A stretch of 58,586 nt of DNA, taken from assembly GCA_009692745.1 (NCBI GenBank), contig SHYO01000003.1, positions 1-58,586 on the forward strand, written 5' to 3'. Both the position numbers and the translations under genes were made by a program. Under the pieces are notes generated by a model. That model saw only the letters and a program-made list of their open reading frames with translations. It searched no databases and was not told the DNA's origin. Positions 1-9,769 of the stretch are shown here, piece after piece (position 1 is the stretch's first letter; the number at the start of each line of letters is the position of its first letter). Origin of the DNA: Chloroflexota bacterium (GTDB lineage: Bacteria; Chloroflexota; Anaerolineae; Epilineales; SHYO01).

Positions 1-1
1 G

Positions 2-316
2 CGGTTGGTGGCGTGGTGGCAAGAACAGATAGAGGGACCAATCCGCCGGATACGCCTACCACGCTTCGCGACGCTGCTCAACAACGATCCAACTGCCGGC
101 TTGCTTGGCGCAGGTTAGCACAGCCAGGTGAATTCGCCAGCAAAGTCCTTACAAGGCGGGCAGGTACACTTCCAAGACCTGGAGGACTTGCCCCGCTTAA
201 TGGATGCGGTCAACCAGCGACCGAAGCTACAGTGGTGGATGGAGTTGCGGCCGGTATTCCGGGTCTTGGCTCAATCGGCGCCGCAAAGCCGGTCCGAGCA
301 GCTACCTGCGGAATAA
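2..316 (+). pseudogene. Possible degraded 3' end of an unknown gene
   Basis: Frame +2 reads protein-like (RLVAWWQEQIEG...; FQDLEDLPRLMDAVNQRP...) but has TAG at 116-118 and TAA at 314-316. No family recognised; truncated by the window edge. Confidence 0.25.
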
Positions 317-379
317 ATTTCCGCTTTGGCAGCGGCGCTCGTGGAAAACGATTGGCATGTAAAGGGGAGGGGGTATCTT

Positions 380-742
380 ATGCCGGCAGCTAATGAGTCC
401 AATCAATCACCTGCGACTCTGGAAATAGATGTGCCAGGTTTGACGGCTGAGCGCCGCAATAACCCTGGTTTGGTTCTGCTGGATTGTCGCGAGCCTTACG
501 AATGGCGCGAAGTGCGCATACCGGGGAGCTTGCATATTCCGATGAATGACGTGCCTGCACGGCTGGATGAATTGGCTCAGGATGGTAACATCGTGGTGGT
601 GTGCGCTCACGGAGTGCGCTCCTATACGGTTGCCAGTTATCTGCAGGTGCGCGGCTTCAAGGCGCGCAGCCTGGCGGGAGGGTTGGCACTCTGGCAGGCG
701 CAGGGGGGTGAGACGGAGAGCGATCTGCGCCGGCGCCGGTAG
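380..742 (+). CDS. Rhodanese-like sulfurtransferase (single domain)
   Basis: LLDCREPYEW..RIPGSLHIP and active-site loop VCAHGVRS. ATG 380 follows AAGGGGAGG. Confidence 0.85.
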   Translation: MPAANESNQSPATLEIDVPGLTAERRNNPGLVLLDCREPYEWREVRIPGSLHIPMNDVPARLDELAQDGNIVVVCAHGVRSYTVASYLQVRGFKARSLAGGLALWQAQGGETESDLRRRR

Positions 743-749
743 AGGAAAT

Positions 750-977
750 ATGGTTAACTAGATCTGTGTTACGTGCAGCACGCAATATACAGCTACGGAG
801 GAAGCGCCTGCCCATTGCCCGATCTGTGAGGATGAGCGGCAGTACATCGCTGAGTATACTCAGCCGGCTACTGGCACAGGCAAGACCTATGCTGTGTGGA
901 TGGGGCCGCTACTGGCGTGGATGGCGGAATATCCAGACCGGACAGGTTGGGCTAAAATGCCCTTTGTGCTAATATAG
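750..977 (+). pseudogene. N-terminal remnant of an MBL-fold metallo-hydrolase with Cys-rich N-terminus
   Basis: Manual translation MVN*ICVTCSTQYTATEEAPAHCPICEDERQYI.. matches the ICxTCGTQY..CPICEDERQY N-terminal motif. In-frame TAG at codon 4 (759-761); similarity is lost after ERQYI. Confidence 0.7.
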
Positions 978-978
978 A

Positions 979-1158
979 GTGAGACAACTTTGGGCCGGAA
1001 AGGGGCGTCAGAGTTTGAGATTGCCCTGTTTCTATTTTAGCCCACGCCTGGGCATCCTGCCGGCTTTCGGCAGTTTCACCGGCACGGCGACGGTCCGCCC
1101 TCAGCCGGCCGATCGGGTATTTGTGGTGGCGGGGGATGAGTTGGTGCGTTGCAGGTAG
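979..1158 (+). pseudogene. C-terminal remnant of a PdeM-like (ligase-associated) metallophosphoesterase
   Basis: Manual translation GKGRQSLRLPCFYFSPRLGILPAFGSFTGTATVRPQPADRVFVVAGDELV carries the LPAFGxFTG motif. The N-terminal metal motifs are absent. Confidence 0.7.
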
Positions 1159-1230
1159 CTGCGTTGAAAGTAGCCGAAAATGCAGGGCACAGAGAGCGCA
1201 GAGAAAAACAGAGAACATTAGAGAGAAACA

Positions 1231-1968
1231 ATGGTGAAATATAACCGCTTATACGATGACCTGGCTTACCTGTGGCCTTGGGTGAGCGTGCCGGAAGACT
1301 ATGCGGAAGAGGCGAGCTACTGGCGGGCGGCACTGCGGGCCAAGTTGGGACCGGGGCGCCATACATTACTGGAGTTGGGAGTAGGCGGGGGAAATAACCT
1401 GTCTCACCTGAGCCGCGAGTTTCAGGCGACAGCGGTGGATCTGTCAGAGGGAATGATGGCTCACTCGCGGCAGCTCAATCCCGAGGTGGACCACTTCGTG
1501 GGGGATATGCGTTCGGTGCGGCTGGGACGGACATTCAAGGCAGTGATCATTCACGATGCGATCGATTATCTACTGGCAGAAGATGACCTGCGGGCTACGT
1601 TTAAGACTGCTGCTGCCCATCTCGAGGCGGGTGGCATCCTGGTCATCGCGCCTGACTGGTACCGGGAAACCTTTCCCGATCCTTACGTTTCCCATAGTAC
1701 CACGGTCAAGGACGGCATTGAGCTGACGTTCATCGAATATGAGTATGACCCGGACCCGAGCGATACAACAGTCGAAACCGTGATGTTGTATATGATCCGC
1801 GAAGGGGGAAAGTTACGCATTGAGGAGGACCATCACATCAACGGGATTTTCCCTCTGCAGACCTGGATTGACCTCATGCAGGCAGAGGGATTCTCGGTGG
1901 AAAAGTTTCCTTACCCGGTACATCAGGATGGCCATGAAGCTTATTTGCTGGTCGGGACTCTAGGTTGA
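1231..1968 (+). CDS. Class I SAM-dependent methyltransferase
   Basis: Motif I LLELGVGGG, AVDLS, VGDMR. Confidence 0.85.
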   Translation: MVKYNRLYDDLAYLWPWVSVPEDYAEEASYWRAALRAKLGPGRHTLLELGVGGGNNLSHLSREFQATAVDLSEGMMAHSRQLNPEVDHFVGDMRSVRLGRTFKAVIIHDAIDYLLAEDDLRATFKTAAAHLEAGGILVIAPDWYRETFPDPYVSHSTTVKDGIELTFIEYEYDPDPSDTTVETVMLYMIREGGKLRIEEDHHINGIFPLQTWIDLMQAEGFSVEKFPYPVHQDGHEAYLLVGTLG

Positions 1969-2008
1969 GGTATCACCGGCGCAAACTATAAACAAGGAGT
2001 TGATCTTA

Positions 2009-3187
2009 ATGTCCAACGACGAACTGAAAACGCGGGTGGCGGCGGCTATCGATGGCGCCTCGGCAGAATTGCTAGAACTCTCCCGTCGCATTCACGCCAA
2101 CCCGGAAGTTCAATACCAGGAATTTAAGGCCAGCACCTGGCTGGCGGAAAATTTGGAGCGCCACGGTTTCCAGGTGGAACGCGCTACCGGGAATTTGCCG
2201 ACGGCTTTCCGCGCGGTACGCACGGGGGAGAAGTCCGGCCCGACAATCGCGTTCCTGGCAGAGTATGATGCGTTGCCTGGGGTTGGACATGGATGTGGTC
2301 ATAACCTGATCTGTACGGCTGCTTTGGGGGCGGCCTACGGCGTTAGCGCCGTATTGGCAGGACTCAACGGCACTATTCAAGTGATGGGGACTCCGGCGGA
2401 GGAATATTTTAACCAGGAGGAAGGCAAGCTCAAGTTGCTGAAAGCCGGCGCTTTTGCGGGGGTGGATGCCAGCTTGATGTTTCATCCAGGGATGACCACC
2501 GGGATTACCAGCACCGACCTGGCCTTTGTCTCGGTAGAGGTAACCTATCATGGTAAGCCGGCGCACGCTGCGGCCGATCCCTGGAACGGGCGCAACGCGC
2601 TGGATGGGTTGATTCTGGCGTATAACAATATCAATGCGCTGCGCCAGCATGTCAAGCCGGATGTGCGCATACATGGGATTATCACAGCAGGCGGGGAAGC
2701 GCCCAATATTATCCCGATGCGGGCGACGGGTATGTTTATGGTGCGCTCGGTCGACAAAGTCTACCTCAAAGAAGTCTATACGCGGGTGGTAGATTGCTTC
2801 CAGGCTGCGGCTCGGGCCACCGGCACCAGCGTTGATATTAAGGATATTACTTGGGTAGATAATACCAAGCGGAATTATGTCATTGAGGATTTAACGGTCG
2901 AGAATCTGCATCGCTTAGGGATTGAGAAGGTCCCCGAACGGCCCGGGGGTGGCTCTTCGGATTTTGGGAATGTCAGCCAAATCATGCCGGGAATTCAGTT
3001 CAGCGTGAAAACCCACCCGGAGGGGATTCCCTGGCATTCGACCCAGGTGACCGAAGGCGCCATCCAGGAATTGGCCCATCAGGGTATGCTTACGGCGGCG
3101 AAGGCCTTGGCGATGACGGCGGTTAATCTCCTGGCCGATCCCGAGAAGATGGAAAAAGCGAGGCGGGATTTCGCGGCGCACAATTGA
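2009..3187 (+). CDS. M20 family amidohydrolase (M20D/AbgB-like)
   Basis: EYDALPGVGHGCGHN, GTPAEE, AHAA..PWNGRNALD, GSSDFGNVS. AAGGAG RBS before ATG 2009. Confidence 0.9.
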   Translation: MSNDELKTRVAAAIDGASAELLELSRRIHANPEVQYQEFKASTWLAENLERHGFQVERATGNLPTAFRAVRTGEKSGPTIAFLAEYDALPGVGHGCGHNLICTAALGAAYGVSAVLAGLNGTIQVMGTPAEEYFNQEEGKLKLLKAGAFAGVDASLMFHPGMTTGITSTDLAFVSVEVTYHGKPAHAAADPWNGRNALDGLILAYNNINALRQHVKPDVRIHGIITAGGEAPNIIPMRATGMFMVRSVDKVYLKEVYTRVVDCFQAAARATGTSVDIKDITWVDNTKRNYVIEDLTVENLHRLGIEKVPERPGGGSSDFGNVSQIMPGIQFSVKTHPEGIPWHSTQVTEGAIQELAHQGMLTAAKALAMTAVNLLADPEKMEKARRDFAAHN

Positions 3188-3218
3188 TATGGCTATGCCC
3201 TTTGGCATAGAATCTTGC

Positions 3219-3258
3219 TAGGGGAGAATTGCCATCTCTGAATGGCAATTCTCCCCTA
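3219..3258. terminator. 17-bp perfect inverted repeat between convergent genes (bidirectional terminator or REP-like)
   Basis: TAGGGGAGAATTGCCAT-ctctga-ATGGCAATTCTCCCCTA. Confidence 0.6.
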
Positions 3259-3262
3259 CGGG

Positions 3263-4231
3263 CTATGATTCTTTGAATACGTAAATCCCCTCTACCAGGG
3301 GCCAGAGGGTGCCGCATTGAGGGCAGTGGCACCCTTCGGCTTTATACGCCAATTGCTCATTTTGGCACTTCAGACAGCGAAATAAATTGGGGTTCAATCC
3401 AGTGGGAGTAGTGTTTCCCTGGAGTTGAGCCCGCATGAAGACGCTGGGCGTCAGGCGTAACGGGGCGCCAGGCACCTGCAGCCAGCCATCAAGCCTGGCA
3501 AGCAGGCGCGGCGAGAGGCGCCGTTTCAGGGCAGGCAGGCGGAAATAGGAGACTGCCCGTTGCGGCCCGGTACGGAAACCGGCATGCTGTAACCGGCCCT
3601 CTATATCTCGCGGGTGGAAATCAATATTCAAAGGCACAAATTCGTGCGGGGCGAGATCGAAGGGATTGGCGCGCGAGCGTTTGAGCGCGAAGCGCAGGAT
3701 ATTTTTCAAGTTGCGCTTATTCGCATACTCCAGCACATAGGTCCCGCCGGGGCGCAGCGCGCGGGCAATCTGGGCGAAGGCGGCCGAGAGATCCTTCAAA
3801 TGGTGTAACATGCGGATCGTGGTGACCGAGTCCAAGGCTGCGCCGGCAAAAGGCAAGTTGTATACATCCGCCGCCACCAATACCACCCGGGGATACTTGC
3901 CGGGGGCGGGGGAGAGCAGCAGCGATTCCTGCCCGGCGTCGATAAGATCCTGGCGGGCTTGCGCCAACATCGAATGGGCATAGTCGGCCAGGACGACGGT
4001 CTCATATCCCAGGTACATGTCTAGCAACCGGCCAAAGCCGGCTCCGATCTCGGCAATGCGTTGCCCGTGGCCAGGCAACAGGGCATCTAACGCGATGCGT
4101 TCGGCCAGATCCTCATACTCACGCCCCTGCCCTTCCCAAAAGTCGTTGCGATAGGTGGATCCCTCATAATTACAGATAGGTACTGCTGCAATGTCAGGTT
4201 TGCCTGAATGGGGCATTTCAGTTCGTTTCAT
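3263..4231 (-). CDS. Class I SAM methyltransferase with C-terminal CxxC..CxxC (Trm112-like) zinc finger
   Basis: IAEIGAGFGR, LRPGG and C-terminal CLKC...CPQC..WPLVEGIY. Start uncertain (4231 or 4216). Confidence 0.8.
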   Translation of the reverse strand: MKRTEMPHSGKPDIAAVPICNYEGSTYRNDFWEGQGREYEDLAERIALDALLPGHGQRIAEIGAGFGRLLDMYLGYETVVLADYAHSMLAQARQDLIDAGQESLLLSPAPGKYPRVVLVAADVYNLPFAGAALDSVTTIRMLHHLKDLSAAFAQIARALRPGGTYVLEYANKRNLKNILRFALKRSRANPFDLAPHEFVPLNIDFHPRDIEGRLQHAGFRTGPQRAVSYFRLPALKRRLSPRLLARLDGWLQVPGAPLRLTPSVFMRAQLQGNTTPTGLNPNLFRCLKCQNEQLAYKAEGCHCPQCGTLWPLVEGIYVFKES

Positions 4232-4238
4232 CACACTA

Positions 4239-5102
4239 TTAGTCGTTAAGGAGGATGTCATAGATCGCCTGTAATTCTTCCTCGGAGTAAAAATGGATAA
4301 TCATGCGCCCGCCGCGCCGGCCGCGGTACAAATTGACCTTAGTACCCAACCGTTCGCGCAGGCGATTTTCGAGAGCATCGGTTTCCGGAGAAGTTTTCCG
4401 AGCAGGCCGCGCCTCTTCCTCATCAGCCATTTCGGTAACCGCTGCCAGGCGCCGCACCCATTCCTCTGTCTGGCGCACCGAAAGGCCCCGTTTTTGGATG
4501 ACTTCCAGCGTCACCAGCATATCTTCTTCGGCTTCCAATCCTAATAAAGCCCGCGCATGCCCTTCGCTGATGGCGCCTGCCATGAGAGCATCCCGCGCCG
4601 CCTCCGGCAGGCGCAGCAGACGCATGGCGTTGGTAATAGCTACCCGGCTTTTTCCTACCCGTGCTGCTATCTGCTCGTGGGTCAAGCCAAATTCCTGGAC
4701 CAGTTGCTGGAATGCATGCGCTTCCTCCAGGGGATTCAGATCGGCACGCTGAAGGTTCTCGATCAGCGCCAATTCCAACATCTCCTGCGGGCTGGCGTCC
4801 TTGATGACGACGGGCAGATGAGATAAGCCTGCCAGCCTGGCTGCGCGCCACCGGCGCTCTCCGGCAATGAGCTGGTATTTATCTCCGGCTCTCGTAACTA
4901 CTAACGGTTGAATCACGCCATGCGTACGGATGGAATCTGCCAGCTCCTGCAATGCCGTGTCTTCAATGTGATGGCGCGGTTGGTGGGGGTTGGCAAATAT
5001 TTGGTCAATGGGGACCTCGGTAAGGCCGGAACGCGGTGTTTCGTTTTGGGGCAGGAGGGCTCCCAATCCTTTGCCTAATCCCCGCCGGGGAGCGCCACTC
5101 AC
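4239..5102 (-). CDS. parB: Chromosome partitioning protein ParB/Spo0J
   Basis: GLGKGLGALL N-terminus, IAGERRWRA, ENLQRADLNPLEEA, HTH; lies directly after parA. Confidence 0.97.
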   Translation of the reverse strand: MSGAPRRGLGKGLGALLPQNETPRSGLTEVPIDQIFANPHQPRHHIEDTALQELADSIRTHGVIQPLVVTRAGDKYQLIAGERRWRAARLAGLSHLPVVIKDASPQEMLELALIENLQRADLNPLEEAHAFQQLVQEFGLTHEQIAARVGKSRVAITNAMRLLRLPEAARDALMAGAISEGHARALLGLEAEEDMLVTLEVIQKRGLSVRQTEEWVRRLAAVTEMADEEEARPARKTSPETDALENRLRERLGTKVNLYRGRRGGRMIIHFYSEEELQAIYDILLND

Positions 5103-5105
5103 GGT

Positions 5106-5909
5106 CTACTCCCTGCTACCGAGCAGCGCCTGCTCGCGTTGGATAAGCTCGTCTGCCAGCATCTGATAGGCCAGGGCGCCCCTGGATTGCGGATCGTAGG
5201 TGAGGATGGTCTGGCCAAAACTGGGCGCTTCGCTCAGGCGGACGTTACGAGGAATGATGGTGCGAAAGACTTTATCAGGAAAATGGCGGCGCACTTCGTC
5301 CACCACTTGCTGCGCCAGGTTGGTACGTGGATCGTACATGGTCATCAAGAGACCTGTAATTTCCAGGCGGGGATTCAGGCGTTCGCGCACCAGGTCAATG
5401 GTGCGGATGAGGGCTCCCAGTCCTTCTAAGGGCAGATATTCACATTGTACCGGGATAATAATGCCATCGGCCGCCGTGACGGCATTCACTGTCAGCAGTC
5501 CCAGGCTGGGTGGGCAATCGATGAGAATAATATCGTATTGCATCAGCACGGTGGATATGGCCTGGCGCAGCCGGTTTTCCCGTTCGCTGGCGGGAACCAA
5601 TTCTACCTCAGCGCCGGCCAATTCAGGTGCTGAGGGCACCAGATCCAGCCCCTGAATGCTGGTATGCCGGATGCAATCGGACAGGGAAAAGGCGCCGGCC
5701 TTTTCCGAGCCGTCGATGAGCACATTGTAGACGGATGGGTAAACGGTATATTTATCGAATCCCAGAGAACTGGTGGCGTTGGCCTGCGGGTCCATATCCA
5801 CCAGTAACACTTGCTTCTGGCGATGCGCCAGATAAGCTCCCAGGCTGACAGCCGTTGTAGTCTTCCCAACACCGCCTTTTTGATTTCCGATGGCATAGAT
5901 GTGGGTCAA
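5106..5909 (-). CDS. parA: Chromosome partitioning ATPase ParA/Soj
   Basis: Deviant Walker A NQKGGVGKTT, DMDPQAN, IDCPPSLG, IPRNVRLSEAPSFG. Confidence 0.97.
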   Translation of the reverse strand: MTHIYAIGNQKGGVGKTTTAVSLGAYLAHRQKQVLLVDMDPQANATSSLGFDKYTVYPSVYNVLIDGSEKAGAFSLSDCIRHTSIQGLDLVPSAPELAGAEVELVPASERENRLRQAISTVLMQYDIILIDCPPSLGLLTVNAVTAADGIIIPVQCEYLPLEGLGALIRTIDLVRERLNPRLEITGLLMTMYDPRTNLAQQVVDEVRRHFPDKVFRTIIPRNVRLSEAPSFGQTILTYDPQSRGALAYQMLADELIQREQALLGSRE

Positions 5910-5925
5910 ATCGCATCCTTTACTT

Positions 5926-6777
5926 TTATACTGCCAAAACCCCGCTGCGCAACCGCTCGGCTACTTGCTGCCGATCAGGCAGACCACTGGCCCCCACATG
6001 CTCAATACAAAAAGAAGCCACACAGTTGGCGAAGGTCAGCGCCTCCAGGGGTTGGCTGGTCTCCCAGAGCCGGATCAGGAAAGCGGTAGTGAAAACGTCG
6101 CCTGCGCCGGTGGGATCGACCGCCTGCACTTTGAAGGCCGGTCTATGGATGGCAGTAGCGCGACTGGCCCCACGATGGAAGAGCATAGCTCCCTGCTTGC
6201 CCTGGGTAACTACCACCAGGGGTAACGCCTGGGCGTATGCTTCGATCAGAGCATAATCCTGGCCCACATCATCTTCACTGAGCACCAGCACCTGGGACCT
6301 GGCTACCAGCAATGGCGGTGGCTGCCAGGGCAGCGACCGGATCAGACCACTGCTATTCCAGGTGCGCATCCACCCCTGGGGGACAATGGCAAGTAGACGG
6401 GTGGAGAGCAAATCTACTATTTTATAAGGGACTTCCTGGGCCACCGGACCGAGTAACACCATCGGGATCTTACGCCACTCTGGGGGCACATAGGCTGGGT
6501 CTATCGGGCCGGCCTGGTCGCGCAAATACTGGATGCGCCCCTCGGGTATATATATATTTTCAAAAGTGGTCGTGGCGGAGGATGGTTGCCGTACCATCTC
6601 GATGCCATCAAAGGTGGAACCAAGATCAAAATCCTCGCCCACGCGGGTAACAATAGCCGCCCTGACACCAAGATGGTAGGCTGTCAGGGCGGCAAAGGTT
6701 GCAGTGCCACCGATGGTATATCCACCGGGATGCAGGTCTTTGGTAATGTGACCTACAACGAGAAATTGGGGCGCCAA
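5926..6777 (-). CDS. PfkB/ribokinase family kinase
   Basis: N-terminal VGHITKD..GG and C-terminal VDPTGAGDVF signature. Confidence 0.88.
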   Translation of the reverse strand: MAPQFLVVGHITKDLHPGGYTIGGTATFAALTAYHLGVRAAIVTRVGEDFDLGSTFDGIEMVRQPSSATTTFENIYIPEGRIQYLRDQAGPIDPAYVPPEWRKIPMVLLGPVAQEVPYKIVDLLSTRLLAIVPQGWMRTWNSSGLIRSLPWQPPPLLVARSQVLVLSEDDVGQDYALIEAYAQALPLVVVTQGKQGAMLFHRGASRATAIHRPAFKVQAVDPTGAGDVFTTAFLIRLWETSQPLEALTFANCVASFCIEHVGASGLPDRQQVAERLRSGVLAV

Positions 6778-6801
6778 AGGTGAGCGCTCCTTTGATCCCG
6801 G

Positions 6802-7755
6802 TCAGGGCTTCTGGCGGATGGTAACCTTGCGGTTGTCCCCTTGGCCGATGCTGACAGTCATCACGTTAGGATGGTTACGCAGCGCCAGATGTATGATGCG
6901 ACGCTCATTAGCAGGCATGGCCTGGAGCGATACTGGCCGGCCATCGCGCACGACCCGGTCGGCGGCGCGCGCTGCCAAAGAGTTTAACTCATCTACTCTT
7001 CGTTGGCGGTGGTTATCGACGTCAACCACGATCTCAGTCCATTGCTGAGTTTTGTGGTTGACAATCAGGCGCGTAATAAATTGCAAAGCACCGAGCGTCT
7101 CGCCATCCTGGCCGATGAGATTATTCAGATTGCGCCCGGTAATATCCACGAAGAGGCTATCGCCCGTTTCGCCGCTTTCAGTATTGCTGACGATCCGAGC
7201 ATCTACCTTGGCTTCGTAACCCATAGCGCTGACCAGGTGTTGTACGGTTTCTGTGGCAATGGCGGTGGCTTCTGATGAAGTGGCGCCTTCTGAAGAAGCC
7301 GTGCCTGACGTCTTTTCAGTGACAGATGACCTGGCGGCTACGGTAGGCGTTGCGGGCTGTGTCGTAGTAGCTTGCATTGCAGCCTGTGCTGCTGTTACCG
7401 GAACCGAAGGCGTATCTACCTGTCCGTGCGCCTCTCTGGACACGGTCATATCGGGTTTATCGGCGGGAGTTGCTGGTGCGTGCCCGAGGGTACTCGGGGG
7501 CTGAGTATACTCAGCAGGCGTCGTGGTGTCCGGCTGGCTCGGTGGTGCCCATGCCGGTGCTGAGTTGGCCGCAATGGCCTGAGTCAACCTGACGCGAGCC
7601 GGTTCGGCGCCGAAACCTAGAATACCGGCGCGCCCTTCGCTAATAACCTCTATTTGGACCTGGCTTCGTTCAAGACCAAGCTGCATCAGACCGCGCTGGA
7701 TAGCATCTTCAACAGTCTTGCCACTAGTCTCAACGCTTCTTTTTGCGTTTTCCAT
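6802..7755 (-). CDS. jag: Jag/EloR (KhpB) RNA-binding protein: Jag_N, Ala/Pro/Thr linker, KH, R3H
   Basis: GKTVEDAI..G..GILGFG N-domain, IGQDGETLGALQ KH, ERRIIH R3H. Start revised to ATG 7755. Confidence 0.93.
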   Translation of the reverse strand: MENAKRSVETSGKTVEDAIQRGLMQLGLERSQVQIEVISEGRAGILGFGAEPARVRLTQAIAANSAPAWAPPSQPDTTTPAEYTQPPSTLGHAPATPADKPDMTVSREAHGQVDTPSVPVTAAQAAMQATTTQPATPTVAARSSVTEKTSGTASSEGATSSEATAIATETVQHLVSAMGYEAKVDARIVSNTESGETGDSLFVDITGRNLNNLIGQDGETLGALQFITRLIVNHKTQQWTEIVVDVDNHRQRRVDELNSLAARAADRVVRDGRPVSLQAMPANERRIIHLALRNHPNVMTVSIGQGDNRKVTIRQKP

Positions 7756-8686
7756 TCGTCTTCCCTTCGCTAACTGGACGGGGCTCCACGACTGCTGCCG
7801 AGGCCGGCCACCCGCCCTGAGATGCGTCGGAGCCGTTCGACTGGTCTTGGGTATCAGAGTTGCCAGACGTATTAGCAGTGGTAGAAGCACCGGATTGTTT
7901 AGCAGTGTTAGAGCTGGCCAGTTTGTTAGAAGTAGTGGACCCAGATGAAAGTGACTTGACGGCGCCGCGACCCGGCAACAAGTGGGTGGGACCGGAGATA
8001 AAGAACTGTTGCACCATGGAGAAGACGTTCGAGACCACCCAATAGAGTGACAACCCCGATGGCACAGACAGAGCAAAGTAGCCGAACATCAGCGGCATAA
8101 ACAACATGGCCTGGTTCATGGCCGCTTGCGATGGGTCTGCGTTCTTGGGCGTTGTCATCTTTTGTGTGACAAACTGGCTGGCTACCGTCAGAATAGGCAG
8201 AATGAGATATGCCCAAGCCGGATCGGGCAGCGGCCATTGGAACTGGGTAGGTTGGGCCAGGGTCGGAATAAATAGGAAGCTTTCATCCAATTTCATTATT
8301 GGGGAGTTAACCGCTATCGGTTGCAAGGCCAGAGCCAGCAGGGCATTGTATAGGCCAATCCAAACAGGCATCTGAACCAAGGCCAGGAGACAGCCGCCAA
8401 GGGGGGCTGCCGGATTCATACCTTCATCCTTGTAGAGCTTCATCTGCTCCTGGGCAAACTTATCTCGATCCTTGCCGTACTTTTTCTTTAGCTCATCCAG
8501 CTTGGGTTGCAGGCGGCTCTGTTTTTCCTGAAAATTCTTGGTGGTGCGTAGTTGCTGCATGGTCAATGGAAGTGTCACCACCCGGATAGCCAAGACCAGC
8601 AAGATGATAGCCCACCCATAACTGAAGGTATAACTATGGAAGAAATCCAGCACCTGAACGAATAAATTAATAAATGCGTCCCACAA
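7730..8686 (-). CDS. yidC: Membrane protein insertase YidC/Oxa1 (short form)
   Basis: YGWAII..IR..LPL, EQMKLYK..G.NP..GGC..Q.P, GLSLYWVVSN; conserved synteny. Confidence 0.95.
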   Translation of the reverse strand: MWDAFINLFVQVLDFFHSYTFSYGWAIILLVLAIRVVTLPLTMQQLRTTKNFQEKQSRLQPKLDELKKKYGKDRDKFAQEQMKLYKDEGMNPAAPLGGCLLALVQMPVWIGLYNALLALALQPIAVNSPIMKLDESFLFIPTLAQPTQFQWPLPDPAWAYLILPILTVASQFVTQKMTTPKNADPSQAAMNQAMLFMPLMFGYFALSVPSGLSLYWVVSNVFSMVQQFFISGPTHLLPGRGAVKSLSSGSTTSNKLASSNTAKQSGASTTANTSGNSDTQDQSNGSDASQGGWPASAAVVEPRPVSEGKTNGKRKKKR

Positions 8687-8801
8687 ATTGCTAGCCCTCC
8701 GGCGCTGCCTCTCCCCTAATGGTAGTAGACTGACGCTTTATCTCCATCATTTGATTTTCAAAAGATATGTTAACACCACAATTTTCGCACAACGCCAGGC
8801 T

Positions 8802-9011
8802 TTAGGGAACGGGATCATATCCGCCAGGGTTAAATGGATGGCAGCGCATAATGCGACGCAAAGCCAACCAGCCACCTTTTATCACACCATACTTTTCTAT
8901 GGCTTCATACCCGTAGTGTGAGCACGATGGTGTGAAGCGGCAAGCCGGCGGTAGAGCTTGAGAAATGGTATTCTGGTAAACTCTGATGAGCACCAGCACA
9001 ACTTTTTTCAC
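8802..9011 (-). CDS. yidD: Membrane protein insertion efficiency factor YidD
   Basis: [24 protein letters not shown]. Confidence 0.96.
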   Translation of the reverse strand: MKKVVLVLIRVYQNTISQALPPACRFTPSCSHYGYEAIEKYGVIKGGWLALRRIMRCHPFNPGGYDPVP

Positions 9012-9092
9012 AAATTCACTCTAATATCCGCTAGAGGGCAATCGGATCCGGCTTCAAGAAGCGGTTTGGTAAGCTGTATTTGCCAACACGCC

Positions 9093-9455
9093 CTAGAAAA
9101 GAGCCGGCAGCGTTGCGGTTTTCAGTAGACCGGCGCGTTTTAGCATTTGTTCTACCGCTGCATCTACTTGATCCCAGCTAGCCTTCGCGATGGGCGCCCG
9201 GGCAATAATGACCAGATCGTGACCTTGCACGATAGCTTCCAGTCGCCGCCGGAGTGCATGGCGGATGAGGCGTTTGACCCGGTTGCGCACAACTGCTGAA
9301 CCAATCCGCTTGTTGGTCACTATACCGAACCGGCTGTAAGCTAGACCATTAGCGTCTTTCACGTACAGCACAATCAGCGTATGCGACCAGGATCGTCCTT
9401 GCTGCCGTACTTGCTGGAAGTCATCGCTTTCCCTGAGGCGGAAACGGCGCTGCAT
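9093..9455 (-). CDS. rnpA: Ribonuclease P protein component
   Basis: RFG..KRIGSAVVRNRVKR (RNR motif); synteny. Confidence 0.96.
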   Translation of the reverse strand: MQRRFRLRESDDFQQVRQQGRSWSHTLIVLYVKDANGLAYSRFGIVTNKRIGSAVVRNRVKRLIRHALRRRLEAIVQGHDLVIIARAPIAKASWDQVDAAVEQMLKRAGLLKTATLPALF

Positions 9456-9487
9456 ATGAAATCTTCCCGGTTCAAAGTAGACCCGGC

Positions 9488-9640
9488 TTACTTGCTATAC
9501 ATAGATACTGTTAAGGAATGGCGCCCCTTCAGCATGCGGCGCTTCAGCACGGTACGACCATCCTTGGTAGACATGCGCTTGCGGAAGCCGTGTACCCGCA
9601 TACGGCGGCGCTTCTTAGGCTGATAAACACGCTTGGGCAT
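9488..9640 (-). CDS. rpmH: 50S ribosomal protein bL34 (too short for the ORF track)
   Basis: Manual translation [60 protein letters not shown]; lies upstream of rnpA. Confidence 0.97.
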   Translation of the reverse strand: MPKRVYQPKKRRRMRVHGFRKRMSTKDGRTVLKRRMLKGRHSLTVSMYSK

Positions 9641-9675
9641 AATTTAAACTCCCTCTATTGGTTATAGTGGTGTCA

Positions 9676-9704
9676 ATTATAGTCTTTCTTGCGGTGTGCG
9701 TCAA
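9676..9704 (-). promoter_or_regulatory. Sigma70/A-type promoter for the rpmH operon
   Basis: Minus strand TTGACG-17 nt-TATAAT. Confidence 0.75.
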
Positions 9705-9740
9705 ATATCCTTTATGTGGGTGCTCGACCAACTCTCAAAT

Positions 9741-9769
9741 TTGCACCGCCGTCCCCTCTGTGGTATAAT
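9741..9769 (+). promoter_or_regulatory. Sigma70/A-type promoter for rpsO
   Basis: TTGCAC-17 nt-TATAAT with extended -10 TG. Confidence 0.75.

Noticed and set aside
116-761. In-frame TAG codons as evidence of stop-codon recoding
   Set aside because: TAG ends intact genes here (rnpA, yidC, rpsU) and the affected fragments are also truncated, so decay is simpler.
7756-8076. N-terminal extension of jag in the ORF track
   Set aside because: Overlaps yidC in another frame; the Jag_N domain begins at ATG 7755.
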